Part shown: one piece after another, positions 22,051 to 35,149 of the stretch | Layout: the number at the start of each line of letters is the position of its first letter | How positions within the stretch are numbered: the first letter of the stretch is position 1 | Notes under the pieces: generated by a model | Database searches by the model: none | Seen by the model: the letters and a program-made list of their open reading frames with translations, nothing else | What the model was told of the DNA's origin: nothing | Origin: Balamuthia mandrillaris | Taxonomy: Eukaryota | DNA: 64,000 nt | NCBI GenBank assembly: GCA_031835245.2 | Contig: JAVKOQ020000050.1 | Span: 186,001-250,000, forward strand | Reading direction: 5' to 3' | Translations under genes and position numbers: made by a program

Positions 22051-24543
22051 TTAAAACAAGTGTGACTTGAACCTGTTTCTCATCTTTTGGTCCGCAGCAG
22101 GGTCCCAACAAGCATCCTTCATTTGGGACCGTCTGGAGGCGCACTGCTTGGCCATCGTCCACTTCTCCACCACTTGATGCTCCTCCGGAACGTCCTCGTA
22201 TTCTTCCTCCGAAGAGAGGGCAAAAGGAGATTCGCCGGTGGCCATGGCAGGATCGCTCGTTGTAATCTTTCCGTTCTCCATGCGGCCCATGAAGCGACGA
22301 GAGAAGACGCCTTTCACCGGGCAAGAGGAAGAAGGCAGGAAGGTGATGGTGAGGTCGTACCAGTTTCCGCTCGCGGCAACGCTCACCGGTTGAATGGCTT
22401 TGCTGTTGGTGTCAACGCTAAGGATCCAAGGGCCACCGCTGTTATAAGCATTGTCCACCACTTTAAAGGTGCATGTTCCTGCATCATCTTCGTCCGCGAG
22501 GTTGTTGTTATTTGTGTTGAAGAGATAAACAACAACGTTGACTTTGCTGTTTGGCTTGTCGTAGGAGAGGAAAGCGTTGATTGGAAGCGAGGAGGAGGCG
22601 TCCATAGGGTACAACAACGAGCCGGCAAATTGACGAACAAAGCCGTTCGGCCCATGCATGCTCAAGTTGTACATTCCTCCAGTGGATTTGCTATCCACCG
22701 TCCATTCATCGGATAACCATTTGCCTCCTTCGATGGCGTACTTCCTCGGAGGAGCGTTCGGTTGCAAGAGGTTGTAAACAAAGAAGACAGTTCCAGCTGC
22801 TCCCGTGTTGTTCATCTTGATGCTCAGTTGAGCGGAAGAAGAGGAAGAAGAGGGAATCAACTGGTCGGAGATGAGAAACTCGTAGGGCAGAGGACGAGAG
22901 AGACGCGTGCCAGGCTCTTGAGTGGGCATGCTCTGCTTCTCTGGTAGGCGTGGTGCTGGCAGGTTATCGCACTCCCATTTGGACTTGTTGACGTTTTGGC
23001 TGGTGTCCGGCAAGGCGGTAGGCCAGCTATAGTCAGGAGAGGAAAAGTCAAAAGCGGCGGTCAAGTCAGAGACGATGGCGCGTCTCCAAGGACTGATGTT
23101 GGGGCAACGAACTCCAAAACGCTTCTCTATCAACTTGATGACGGAGGTGTGGTCGCTGATCTCGGAGTAGACATAGTGGCCACGAGTCCATGGAGAGACG
23201 ATGATGAGAGGCACGCGGAAGCCGAGACCGATGGGATTACCGGGAGGAATGTCAAACTCCTCTTCCACGGTGAGCTCTCCGACGGTGGTGACGGTGGACT
23301 TGCCTCCCTCTTCGGGACGAGGAGGAGTGGGCGTCCAGTGATGGTCAAAGAACTGACCTCCTTCATCGTAGTTGAGGATGAAGGCGGTCTTGGCGTAGAC
23401 GCTCTTGTATTGAGGCTTGCCCAAGACAGAGATGAGACGGTTGGAGAGGTCCTCTCCATCTCCTGGATGATTTTCGGCGTGCTCAGAGAGGGCCGTAGGT
23501 CCCACGATCCAAAGCACCGATGGGAGAGAGTCCTTGCTGACCATGTCCTCAAAGGCCTGCACTAAGTCGTCCACCGGACGGATGCCCAACTCATAGAGTG
23601 GGGAACCAGGCTTGGCCTGCTGGAAGGAGTTGAACCACTCAAAGGCGTTGTCATCAAAGTTGTCCACCTCTTGAATAACCCTCCAGGAAACGCCGGCCTT
23701 CAACAAGGTCTCGGCCATGGTCTCCCACATGAAGCCTGGCTTGTACTCGCTGTCATCCAGACTGCAGACTCCCTGGCTGTTGGGGGCGGAGAGGCCGTTG
23801 GAGCCGGTGAAGAGGTGTTGCCTATTGGGGTTCGTGGCGGTGAAAGTGGACTGGAAGTACTGGTCGCCAATGGTGAACGCGTCAGCCAGGGCGTAGTACC
23901 AGGGCAGGTCGGAGCGGTTGAAGAAGGACATGCCAAAGCCTGGGTCACGCGCGGTGTTCCAGGCGTCCATCTTGCCGCCGTTGAAGATCATGATGTCGCT
24001 TTCGTAGGCCATCTGAGGGGCGGGCATGCACTGGGCAGAGGTACGGTCGAACTGGAGGTTGAAGGGGAGGATGTAGGAGTCCTTTCCTGCCGGCTGGTAG
24101 AAGATGGGCCTGCCGTTGGGGAGGCGGGGGTGAGCGCGGTCGTTGAAGCCACGCACGCCGTTCAGGTTGCCATCTAGAAGCAGAGCAAAAGAGACGACGG
24201 TTCATGAGAAAGAGGACAGAAAAAGCAGAGAAGAGAAAAGAGAGGAGAGGGGAAGAGAGAAGTAGAAGAGACAGAGCAGCTGAAAAAAGAAGACTTCTTT
24301 GTAGCAGAGAAGAAGGAGAAGAAAGGCAGGAAAAAAAAAAGGGGGGAAGGAAAGGAGAGTACAGTAGTGGTCAAAGGCGCGGTTCTCTTGCATGAAGATG
24401 ACAATGTGCTGAAGGTCTTGGAGGGTGCCAGTCCCAGCGTTGATCTTGGTGGCCGACGACGTGCGTGTCGAAACCAGCATCAAGGAAGCCACCAGCACCA
24501 GCAGCAACAACACGGCCGTACGGCTGGACGAGGAGGAGAGCAT
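22051..24543 (-). CDS. Phosphocholine-specific phospholipase C, bacterial PlcN/PlcH type (phosphoesterase domain plus two DUF756-like domains), secreted; 2 exons (24363-24543 and 22051-24173)
   Basis: Signal peptide; HIVIFMQENRAFDHYYG, TNPNR, DNFDDN, SEH, NYDEGGQFFDH, GLGFRVP, DHTSV, ISPWRR; C-terminal RPLPY...HGPNGF and WYD...GRMENG..SDPAM. Confidence 0.92.
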
Positions 24544-24892
24544 GACGGTGGTGGTGAGGCCGCTGCATGTAATGCTTTTCTGCTACTTCTTGAAGTAGTA
24601 GTGGTCAAAAATAATAATAATAATAATTAAGCACGTTTGAGGGGTTATTTCCGCATTTCCGTCGACAGTTATGATCGATCTTTAGCCAATAAACAATCAA
24701 AAATAATAGTTGCCGACAGATTGTCGACGAGAAAATTTTTTTTTATTTATCCGTCCGGATAACTTCGCGACGACATGAATGTAATGCTTATGGCTTGAGG
24801 GCGAGGCATTACACGCACTCTTTGTTGGTTGGGCATGCTCTCCGGTTCCCTCCGTCCATAAAAAAACAAAGGTAAAACTTTGCCAAACCACC

Positions 24893-27408
24893 ATGAGGTC
24901 ATGGCGGAACGATCTACCGGCTGCCAGCAGCACCGCTGATACTCTTGCTATAACGCCTCTCCTTCTCCTTCTTTTCGTGCTGCCTCCCACGCCCGCGCTT
25001 GGTCAAACCTGCGAACAGCCCATCCAAAGCATTTTACCGAAGCCCTGTCAGAACATCGTGACCTACCCGTTGGTATACGTCTCTCCCGGCCAGTCCCAAC
25101 GCCTCGTTTCCGTGCTTACGAGGTTCGTCTATACAGTTTTTTTATTTTTATTTTTATTTTTATTTTTATTTTTATTTTTTTGCTCTCTTCTGCATCATGT
25201 TTGACGGACAACAAACACTCAAAACATACTCACACCACGCAACGAAACGAACTCAAAACAAACAAATAATTCAGCAAACTTTTAAAGCCTTTCATAGCCT
25301 CCCCGACGACTTGTCAAGCCGCAGCTTCTTCTTTTATTTGTGCGTTCAGCTATTCTCAATGCCGTTGGAGCAACTCTTCTTCGCCTCCTTCACCACCGAC
25401 GCCGCTACTTGTTCTATCTTCCAACAGCTCTTCTTCCAAATCCGCTGCCGCTTTTTACCAAGCCAGAAAGGATGCAGCGACAGCCGTAAACATTCCGCCT
25501 TGCCGAAGCTCATGTCAAGCTTTTCTTCAGGCGTGTGCTTTGCTCTTTGAAGACCTCCTTCCCTATGACTGCAACCAACTTCCTCCCGACCCTGCTTCTT
25601 TGCTTCCTTTGTTGTCTCATTCTTCTTCTTCTCCTCTTCCTTCTCCTTCAGCCATCCTTTCGTCCACACGACAAACGCAACAAGAAGAAAGAAAGACAAG
25701 TCAACAACAACAAACATGCTTTCTTCCGGCTGCTTACAATGGCACTTATCCCATCTACTTGTGCCCTGACGACTTGGGTTTGGTGGCCGAGGATGGGAGG
25801 TGCGTCAGCTCCTGCAAGTCACCCATTTGGACGACGAGCGAGTGGAACACGTTCCATATCATCCTGAACGTGGGCGGATGGGTCTCTGCCTTTGGCGTGT
25901 TGTTCGTTATCATCACGTTCTTGTTGGATCCTTGGAAGACCGGACGCAAAAGTCGCTTTGTAAGCATCTCCTGCTTCTTCTTTTCTTTAGAGCGTCACTA
26001 TAACGGATATCCAACAGGTAATATATCTCTGCATAGCAGAACTCATATGTGCCGTCAACTTTGTGTGGGCCTCTCTCTACGGCCACTTCAACATTCTCTG
26101 CGACGGCCAACATCGCAACTTTGATGGACCCTTATGCATCGCCTGGAGCTCCGTCTTCGTGTGGTCCTCCTGGACGGCCACCGCTTGGTGGTTCAACGTG
26201 GTGTTGAACGTTCAGTTGGTGGGCTGGCGGAGGAGGTTGGGACTTCAAAGGAAAAGCTTCCTGTTGTGGAACAAAGTTATATTGGTGGGCCATCACGTGT
26301 GGGGATGGGGAGCTGGTTTGTTGGTGGTGATTATCGGGGTGGTGGTGGGGAAGAATGGAGCAGCGCCTGGCTATCCTATATGTCTGTACCAGGTTGTTTT
26401 CTCCTCCTTCTTCTCTTTTCTTTTGTCTCTTCTCACGCTGATTGCTTCATCCCTTTGCAATGAACAGCAAGACGATACCTCTGACCCGACATCAATGTCG
26501 TTTTGGGCTTTGTCGTTGTATTATATTCCCATCAATATAGCCGTACTTATTGGCTTTCTGCTGATGGTCGGTCTCGCTTGGCGCATCTATAAAACGGTAC
26601 CTGTACTTTTTGTTTTTTTTTTTAAAAAAAATAACACACAACGAAGAGAAACAAAAAAGCAAAAGAAGAGAAAACAACCAACAAGAGAGAGAGAGAGATA
26701 CATACTTACTCCATACAAAAAAAACATCAACGATAGCTTTCATCAACTGGGCTTTTTAAACAATGGCGACTGTTAGCACTCCTCTTCCTCCTCTCCATAG
26801 TATACAGCTTCCCCTCAGCCACAATGTTCTCCGTTCAACAGCACCATGTCGAGATTGCTGAAAGCTTAGCTCGTTGGGTCACTTGCCAGCTCATCTCTGA
26901 CACTGCCGTTGGCTCGGAACTCGACGACAGCTGCTCAAGAGGAGAAAGACCAAACTTTATTCTGATGTGTTTCACCTGCTTTTGCGTTGCCTTTCAAGCT
27001 TTACCTATCGTCATCTTGTTTGGATTCACGAAAGAGAACTTCCGATTCTATCGGCTAGGACTGAGCAACCTTCTCTCCGGTCGCAGCTTCTATTACCGGC
27101 AACCAGCGAGCAGCATCTTTGTGGCGTTGAATGCTATGGACGCGGAGGAGTATCTGTACGACGACGAGTTCAGTGGCATCGATGATGACCAGGATGACGA
27201 CGACGAATACGTCAAGTATCGACGCAAAGAGAAGGATGCCTCGGAGGAAGCAGAAGAAGAGGTCACAAGGCTGGTGTCGCGACCGGCTCGTTTGGGATGC
27301 GTCAACTTTGGAGGAGACGAGGAGGCTGCAGGCGTGGCCACATTGCTGCCCCCGTCGCTGCCGCAGAGCAAGGAGCCTCTTCTGCTGGACCTAACGAGCA
27401 ATGATTGA
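24893..27408 (+). CDS. Frizzled/Smoothened-like 7TM receptor, multi-exon
   Basis: Hydrophobic leader, Cys-rich extracellular region (CEQP..PCQNIV..DCNQLP..CP..CVSSCKSP), multiple TM segments with WTATAWW, HHVWGWG and a C...C..GERPN loop, acidic tail. Confidence 0.8.
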
Positions 27409-27615
27409 GCAGCTTTTTTGATGTTTTTCTGCAGGAATGCTGCCGTTCCAAATGAAACTGACGTCACCACCTATTATTATTACCCCATTTGGTAAATTAC
27501 TTTCAATAAAAGGTAATTAGTTCGGGGAATTTAACAGCATTACAAAACAGCGAAGCGACGAAACAGGAAACAAAAGAAAAAGAAAAAGAAAAGGAGAGAG
27601 AGAGTGCGTTCACAC

Positions 27616-28263
27616 ATGTGGCTGCTGCTCTACTTGGTTGCTGCCGTGGCGGCTGTTGCGCTTGGTCTCGTTGGCGCCGCCTTTATCTACCTGCTTTGGG
27701 TTTGTTGTTTTTTTTAAAAAATGAATTTCTGAATGATGTATCCTAAGGAAAGGTGTTTTTTGTAAAAGGTGAACAAGACAACATTCGATGCAACGGACAT
27801 ACCGCAACCGCCACGACACTGGATCTTGGGCCACATTCCAAACTTAGTGGAGGTTATAATTCATTCCTGTTCTTTCTTGTCGTTTGTTTCTTTCTTTCTT
27901 TCTTGTCGTTTCTTTCTTGCTTTCTTGTTTGCTTGCTTGTCATTTCTTTCTTTCTTCAGTCCTTTGTTTGTTCCCAAACCAAATAAATGAGTAAACACCC
28001 AACCAGCATCCTAAGGACAGCAAGTATCCATTGTTTGATGCCGGTTTCGCTGCTTTGGCCCGTCAGTACGGTTCAACGTATTGTTTGGACCTGCCGATCC
28101 CTAACCCGAAGAGAATGATCGTGACGGAGGACATTCAAATAGTGAAGCAGAAGCTCAGAGAGGACCCGCCCAAGGATGACTACAGCTTGGAGCCCCTCTT
28201 GCGCCATGGTCTTGTCACCACCAATGGCGCTGTCTGGCAACACGATCGCAAGTACGTTGAACT

Positions 28264-28331
<68 letters not shown>

Positions 28332-29566
28332 CTCGTTTTCTCTTTCGCTCGTCGTTCTTCGTTCGTTTGTTCTTTCTTGTCGTTGCTCTTCTCTCTTCGC
28401 TTTTCTCTCATAACCCCAACAACAATCAACAGAGTTATCAATCCAGCATTTCACAAGAAGTTTCTTTCGGCGTTGTTTCCTGTTATGACAAAGCATTGCC
28501 AAACGCTGATCGACGACCTTCTTTCTCTTCGTCCTTACGAAAAGGTAACCTCTTCTGTTTTTTGTTTTGTATTGGATAACAGGAACTAGCTTTAACACTC
28601 ATATCTTTTTTAACAGGTTGAAATGCACCAAAAGCTGCAATTGCTAACACTGGATGTCATCGGAGAAGCCATCCTGGACCGCAACTTTCGCTTCCAAGAA
28701 AGCCCTGACCATCCCTTGCGGGTCGTCATGCAGAACGTCTTTCAGGAGATTGCCGCCAGGGACATCGACCCTTTTCGCTCATGGACTCATCCCTGGACCA
28801 CTTGGAAGTACAACAAAGAGATAAGTCGGTGGAACGATCTTTGCAAAAAGTATTTGGAGGAGGCCCGGGTGGGACTGCTGAGGAAGCAACAGCAACAAGG
28901 CTCGACGAAAGTGGAAGGAGAGGAGGGTCTCCAAGCGGATACAATCGTGCAGGTGATGCTGGATGGAAGTTTGACGGAGCATTCACTCATTGATAACATC
29001 AAAACGTTTTTGTAAGTTTACGCTCTCTCTTCTCTTCTTAGTCTCTTCGCTTCTTAGTGAATTTTAATTGTGTGATCTTTAACTCACAAAGCTTCGCTGG
29101 ACATGACACGACGGCTACTTTGCTGAGTGGCTCCGTTGCGATGCTGTCTCAACATCCACATATCCAAGAGAAACTTCAGCAAGAAGTTGGTTCGTGTTTC
29201 CGCTGTTCTCCTCTCCTCTTATCTCTCAACCAACCTCACATCCTTTATCTTGTTTTCATTGCTCTCTTCTTTCCTTCATGCCTTTGTCCTTCTCTCAAAA
29301 AGACCGAGTTTTGGGCGAACGAAACGTACCGACCAAGGACGACATTCCAGAGCTGAAATACTTGAAAATGGTGCTCAAAGAAACGTTACGGATGTATCCG
29401 CCAGCAAGCACCAGCCGTAAACTCCGCGCCGGAGAGAAGGTGGGGCCTTACACTCTGACCAAGGACACCGCCTTCCTTGTCTCTGCTTATGTCATTCACC
29501 ATTGTCCTAAGTATTGGCCGGATCCTGAGGTTTGTTTCTTCTTGTGTGGAGCGAACGTCAACGCAA

Positions 29567-29608
<42 letters not shown>

Positions 29609-30023
29609 AACATCACTGATTCGTTTGTATGCTCTCTTTATAGGTATTCGATCCGGAACGTTTCTCCCCAGAGAACAGCAAGAACCGGGATCCTTACACC
29701 TTCCTCCCTTTCCTTGCCGGCCCTCGTAACTGCATTGGCCAAGTACATACGCCCTCCAGCTCCTCCGCACTATCTCTCCTTCTTCTTTTATGCGTTCTTT
29801 TCCTGATGCTTTCGTTACGATGCAGCATTTGGCCATGTTGGAAGCAACAGCGTTGCTGTGCATGTTGATGAAGCGATTCTCCTTCAGGATGGCCTACAAC
29901 CAGATCTACCAGTTGAAGTACCAGATGACCAACGTGCCTTCCCATGGCGTTTGGGTCTTTGCCCTGCCCAGAGAACTCCTCCAACACGAAAGAGAGCAAG
30001 CGGCAGACCTCCAAAAGGAATAA
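27616..30023 (+). CDS. Cytochrome P450, multi-exon
   Basis: N-terminal membrane anchor, FAGHDTT (I-helix), ETLR (K-helix), [15 protein letters not shown] (heme Cys). Confidence 0.95.
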
Positions 30024-30254
30024 AAAAAACAGAGAGAACCTCCCTCTTCCTCTTGGAGAGCGATGGGCTACATCGAGTCCATTTTTTTGTGGATGACGTC
30101 ACCACTTAACCTACAAAAATGCGAGAATGACGTCACCAGTAGTTGGGGAGTGATACTTGGCGACAGGCAAACCATGTCTCTTGACTTTTCCTGTCGACTC
30201 CATTAATACGAAAAAGAACGAAAGAGAACAGAAAAGATCCGTCCGGAGCGAAGG

Positions 30255-32253
30255 ATGCGGAGCGTGAAAGACAAGAGGAAGCAGGGCAAGAAGGCGGAGA
30301 GCGCACTGAACAAGTTACAGCGGGAGGGCGAGCTGTACCAAGTCTACAATGAGGCGGTCACCTGCGAGTGGTACACCCGTTTCCAGCGCTGCGATGAGTT
30401 GTTGCAGCCGTTGGCGGAGGAGGAGGCTGTGGCTGCTACTCTCTACGCGGAGTCGATGTGGCTAAGAGTATCATCCTTTGTCATCCTTCTTTTTCTTCAC
30501 TCTTTTTTTTTCATTTGAATGTAATACTAAAACGATCTCATCTTTTCTTTCACATTTTGGAGGCGCTCATCACTGAAGATGAACAACAAGCAAAAGAAAC
30601 TTTTCGTCGCATTGATGTGGTAACGTTTTCTTTATTCCTTTCTTTGTTTCTTTTATGCCTCTTTTCTTTTGTATTATTTTGTATTATTTTGAATTATTTT
30701 TTTTACATTTTATATTTTTATATTTTTATATTTTTATATTTTTCATTTATTATTCATTATTTATTATTTATTATATTTTGTTTTATGTTTTATTTCTTAT
30801 CTTATTTCTCATTTTTTATTGTTTTATTTCTTATTTCTTATAACGTTTTTTTTTTTGTTTTTTGTTGTTTTTTTTTTTTTTGTTGATCAAAAACTTTTAA
30901 AGGCCCAAAAGCTGTGCTGCAAAGAGCAACAAAGCTACGTATGGAAGAAGGAAGGAGCGCCGAGGACGGTGGAAGCGCTCCACCGTTGCTGTCGAATGCT
31001 GTGGGCCAAAGTCTCTTTGGCTGAAGTGGCTCTCTATGATGGCTTTCTCAAGTTTAGGAACCAACAGCATCTTCGAGGTTAACTCTCTATTTCTCGTTCT
31101 TTGCATCATCGCTCGTCTTTTGTCCTTTTGTCGTGTTCTCTTTCTTTCCGATGTTCGTCGTTTCTTTCTATCTTTTCGTTCTCACCAAAACAAACATCTT
31201 TAAACAGCTGTATATAACATACGTAAAAGTTGGAAACTCTTTGAAGAATGTCAACAACTGTCGTCCCGTATAACGTTGAATGAAGTGGAGGACAGCGGAG
31301 AAGAAAAAAAAATCAAAACGGCCAAACAATACGTTGAACGCCTCCAATGCAGCATAAACTTTGGGGTGGGCTTCTTTCACTTTATGATATCAGTGATTCC
31401 TCCTCAGTTTCTTTGGATGGTGGAAATCATTGGCTTCAAAGCGCATCGGAAGAAAGCAATGTTGGAACTTAAAGCTGCTGCTCGAGTTTCTGATGGTTTA
31501 CGATGTACGTTGTCTTCTTTCAATCTTTATGTATCCGTCTTATTCACCTCTCTCTCTTCTCTCTATCTCTTGCTTTTTTTTTTTTTTGCTTTTATGGAAT
31601 GAAATAGCACCAATCGCAAGGTTCATGTTGATGACTATCACTGCATTCTTTCTAGAAGATGAACCACGTGCTGAGGCCATCCTCCGAAATCTTTTGGATG
31701 ATTACCCGTTTGTATCTTAGTTTCTCCACTGAATTGTTTGTTCCTATCGTTGCTTTCTTACGTTATGTCTTTTTGTTCGCTTTGTTGAAAAGTGAATCAC
31801 CGATATTCGACTACGTGGGAGCATGGCTGAAGCGGTCACAAGGCAATGTAGAGGAAGCGCAAGCCTACTTTGAAAAGGCGTATGAGAGATGCGAGGAGCT
31901 ACCTCAGTTTCGGTTGTACACAGCATTTGAAATGGGTTCTTTAAAGTTGCTGCAACTTCGGTGGGAAGAGGCTGCAGAAGCTTTCGCCACCTTTCTTGCA
32001 AGTTTGTTTCATGATTGTCTTCTTTTGCTTTTTTCTTCTTGCTCTTGCTCTTGCTCTTGCCCTTGCTCCTTTTCTTCGTTTTATTCTTTTGCTTTTTTTC
32101 TTATACCAACGAACAACAATAGCATCAGAAACAAAAGGATTCAAAGCGTTTGGTCATTATCAATTAGCAATGTGTTATATAATGATGGACGAACACTCAA
32201 AAGCTCTAGACAGCTTGCGCCAAGTCAACAACCACATCCGCAAGGTTCTCTTG

Positions 32254-32284
<31 letters not shown>

Positions 32285-33100
32285 CTCTCTCCTTCACTAA
32301 TGATAAACAAATAGGGATACAGTCACGATGAATTAGCCGGAAGAAAAGCTACCATGTACATTAAGAAGGCAGCAACATACGGCGAACAAAACATAATGTC
32401 TCCTTTTGACAAGCTTTTCTTTCAAGCCAGAATGCTCCTCGAAAGTCGTATGTACGAAGCAGCACGTCCCTTCATTGAGCAAATGGAAGAGATGTGCAAT
32501 GTCGATGCTTCTTCTGGTTGTGATGAGGATGCTGAAGCTGTGGGAGCGGATGAGCCACGAATGTTGTTGTTGAAAGGATATTTCCTCAAAGAGCAGAAAC
32601 GTATTGAAGCTGAACAAGTCCTTCTGGTAAATCTCCTTCATTCATTTTCTTTGTTCTGCTTTCTTCATTCTCTTATATCTTTTTTCTCTCAAAATTTTCA
32701 GGATGCAGTGGAGAAAGCAAAGACTAGTAAAACGGAAAGCTTCGTGACACCATGGGGTTGGTGCGCTTTAGCCGAAATCGAGTTGAAAGAGAAGAAAGAC
32801 GTGGAGAAAGCGGCCGAATACTTTAAACGATGCAGCAAATATTCCAACTACGATTGGGAAGGTTGGATCCATTGGCGCGTAAAGCGAGGACAAGACCGAA
32901 TCAGGCAAATAGAACGAAAAGATCATTCGCAAGAAGAAGAAGAAGAAGAAGAAGAAGAAGAAGAACAAGAACAAGAAGAAGAAGAAGAAGAAGAAGAAGA
33001 AGAAGAAGAAGACAGTGATGAGGACGACAAAGCAGAGGATGGGGGTAACGAAGCTGAAGACCAACAAGACGAAACAGAAGAAGAAGAAAAGGAAGAATGA
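30255..33100 (+). CDS. TTC39: TTC39/IML2-family tetratricopeptide repeat protein, multi-exon
   Basis: FGVGFFHFMISVIPPQFLWMVEIIGF, TPR-like helices, PWGWCALAEI...YSNYDWE; poly-Glu tail. Confidence 0.75.
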
Positions 33101-33298
33101 AAAAAAAAAACTAAAAAACTGTTCCTTTTAAGGATAACTTCTCGGCGTCGTCGATATATCGCGAGCAGTCCTCGCCTCTCTCCCTCTCTCGCTTGTTTTA
33201 GCACAGCTTCTCCAAACGACACCAACGGAAAGAAGTGGGCTAATATATACAGCAGGCCAAAGCAGAACAGCAAACGCAAAGAAAGCAATACAAATAGG

Positions 33299-34063
33299 AT
33301 GGGCCGTCTGGACGGAAAGGTAGCCATTGTCACGGGTGCAGGTGGTGGAATCGGCGGTGCGGCCACCAAGCTCTTCGTTCAAGAAGGCGCCAAGGTCTGT
33401 CTCGTGGATCTTCAGGAAGGGCCAGCCTCCGAACTGGCGGCTTCCCTCGGGGATGCCGCTTTCTTCAAAAAAGCCGATGTCTCCAACGAAGAACAAGTGA
33501 AAGAGTACATCCAAGCCTGCGTGGACCGCTTTGGCGGACTGGACATCATTTTCCTGAACGCCGGCATCGAGGGCAAGTACACCCCTTTCTTGGAATACTC
33601 CAGCAGCACTTTCGAGCTCGTGATGAAAGTCAACGTCTTGGGTGTCTTCCTGGGCATCAAACATTCCACCCCTGTTCTCACCCAACGCGGCGGAGGCAGC
33701 ATCATCGTCACATCCTCCATCGCCGGCATGAGCTCCTCTCCTGGTCTGGCTGCCTACTCACCAACCAAGCACGCCGTCTTGGGTTTGGTCAGAACGGCCG
33801 CTCAGGAGCTCGGTCCACAAAACATTCGTGTCAACGCTATCAATCCTGGACCCATCGACAACCGGATGACCAAAGAGGTGGAGGCACAGGTCCTACCGCA
33901 GGCTCCCGAGTTGGCGAGGAAGGCCTATCAGAGTATTATTCCCATGAGGAGGTACGGCAGAAACGAGGAGGTGGCGCAGATGGCGTTGTTCTTGGCCAGC
34001 CAGGAGAGTTCGTTCAGCACAGGATCTACATTTGTGTTGGATGGTGGTGTGCTCTCCACTTAA
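33299..34063 (+). CDS. Classical short-chain dehydrogenase/reductase, intronless
   Basis: 254 aa; TGAGGGIG, NAGIEG, YSPTK catalytic motif, IRVNAINPG, DGG. Confidence 0.92.
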   Translation: MGRLDGKVAIVTGAGGGIGGAATKLFVQEGAKVCLVDLQEGPASELAASLGDAAFFKKADVSNEEQVKEYIQACVDRFGGLDIIFLNAGIEGKYTPFLEYSSSTFELVMKVNVLGVFLGIKHSTPVLTQRGGGSIIVTSSIAGMSSSPGLAAYSPTKHAVLGLVRTAAQELGPQNIRVNAINPGPIDNRMTKEVEAQVLPQAPELARKAYQSIIPMRRYGRNEEVAQMALFLASQESSFSTGSTFVLDGGVLST

Positions 34064-34399
34064 AAACAACATCAGGTTGGTTCAACGTTTAACTTTTTTC
34101 AAAAGAAAAAACATAAACAACAGTAAAGAACAGAACGAAACTTGTTGCAAAATGTTCTCCTCCTGAATGTCCTTTTATCTCTGTTGTTGACAATAACGGA
34201 GATCAAGGATTTGTTTGTAAAGCAAGACGAGAAGCGAACGATAGCGTCCATCATTGCTATCGCACAACCATACACTCTACAAACCATGGGGTAGTTGATT
34301 TGCAGAGCCCAAAGGTATGTGCTGTTGAACTTAAGTGTGCAAAAAAAGCCAACAATAAAAATAGTGAGATAAAGAAAACCTCTCTTTGTTGAGAATGCT

Positions 34400-35117
34400 T
34401 CAAAACCGAGAAGGTGTAACGTTATTGTTTTGTTCGGTTTGTTTCTTGGAAGAGGAAGTAGTGTCGTTCACGTGAGGCTGAAAGTGTTCCAAAAGACGGG
34501 AACGAAGCTCTCCGTAGATGAGAGGACTGGCCTCCATCTTTTCTTTGTAGTCGTTAGGTCCTTCGTTGTCTATGCTCTTGCATTGCTCTTCCAGCATCTG
34601 TTCATTGTAAAGGAAGCACACAAAAACATAAATAAAGAAGAAAGATCAAAATCAAACAAAAAGATACATACGGCAAACATTTTGAACGAGAGAACTTTGG
34701 TGCCGAAGTTTAACAGAGAATAAGGCAAATAACTGCATATTGGGTGTCAGTGCTGGAAGAGACTAAATAAAGAAGAGCGGGAGAGAAAGAGCGAGAGAAC
34801 AAACTTGAATTTAGGATCAGCATTTGCCATCATGATAATATCTGACTCGTTCTCAGAAATTGGTCGCAACACAAACCTGGTTGTTCGCATAACAAAAGAG
34901 AAATGAGCAAAAAAGAGACAGAAATAAAGGAGAAAAAAAATACAAACCCTGCTATCTTAACCTCAGATCGTACGTAGCTGCTGTTAGTCGCAGCAGGTAC
35001 CTCACCAGTTCGCAAGTCATCTGACTTGCAATCTCGCACTACTGCCAATACCATTCCTTCATCCTCCAACATGTCCACTCCATACCCAAATACGCACTTT
35101 CATTTGTTGAAAATCAG

Positions 35118-35149
<32 letters not shown>

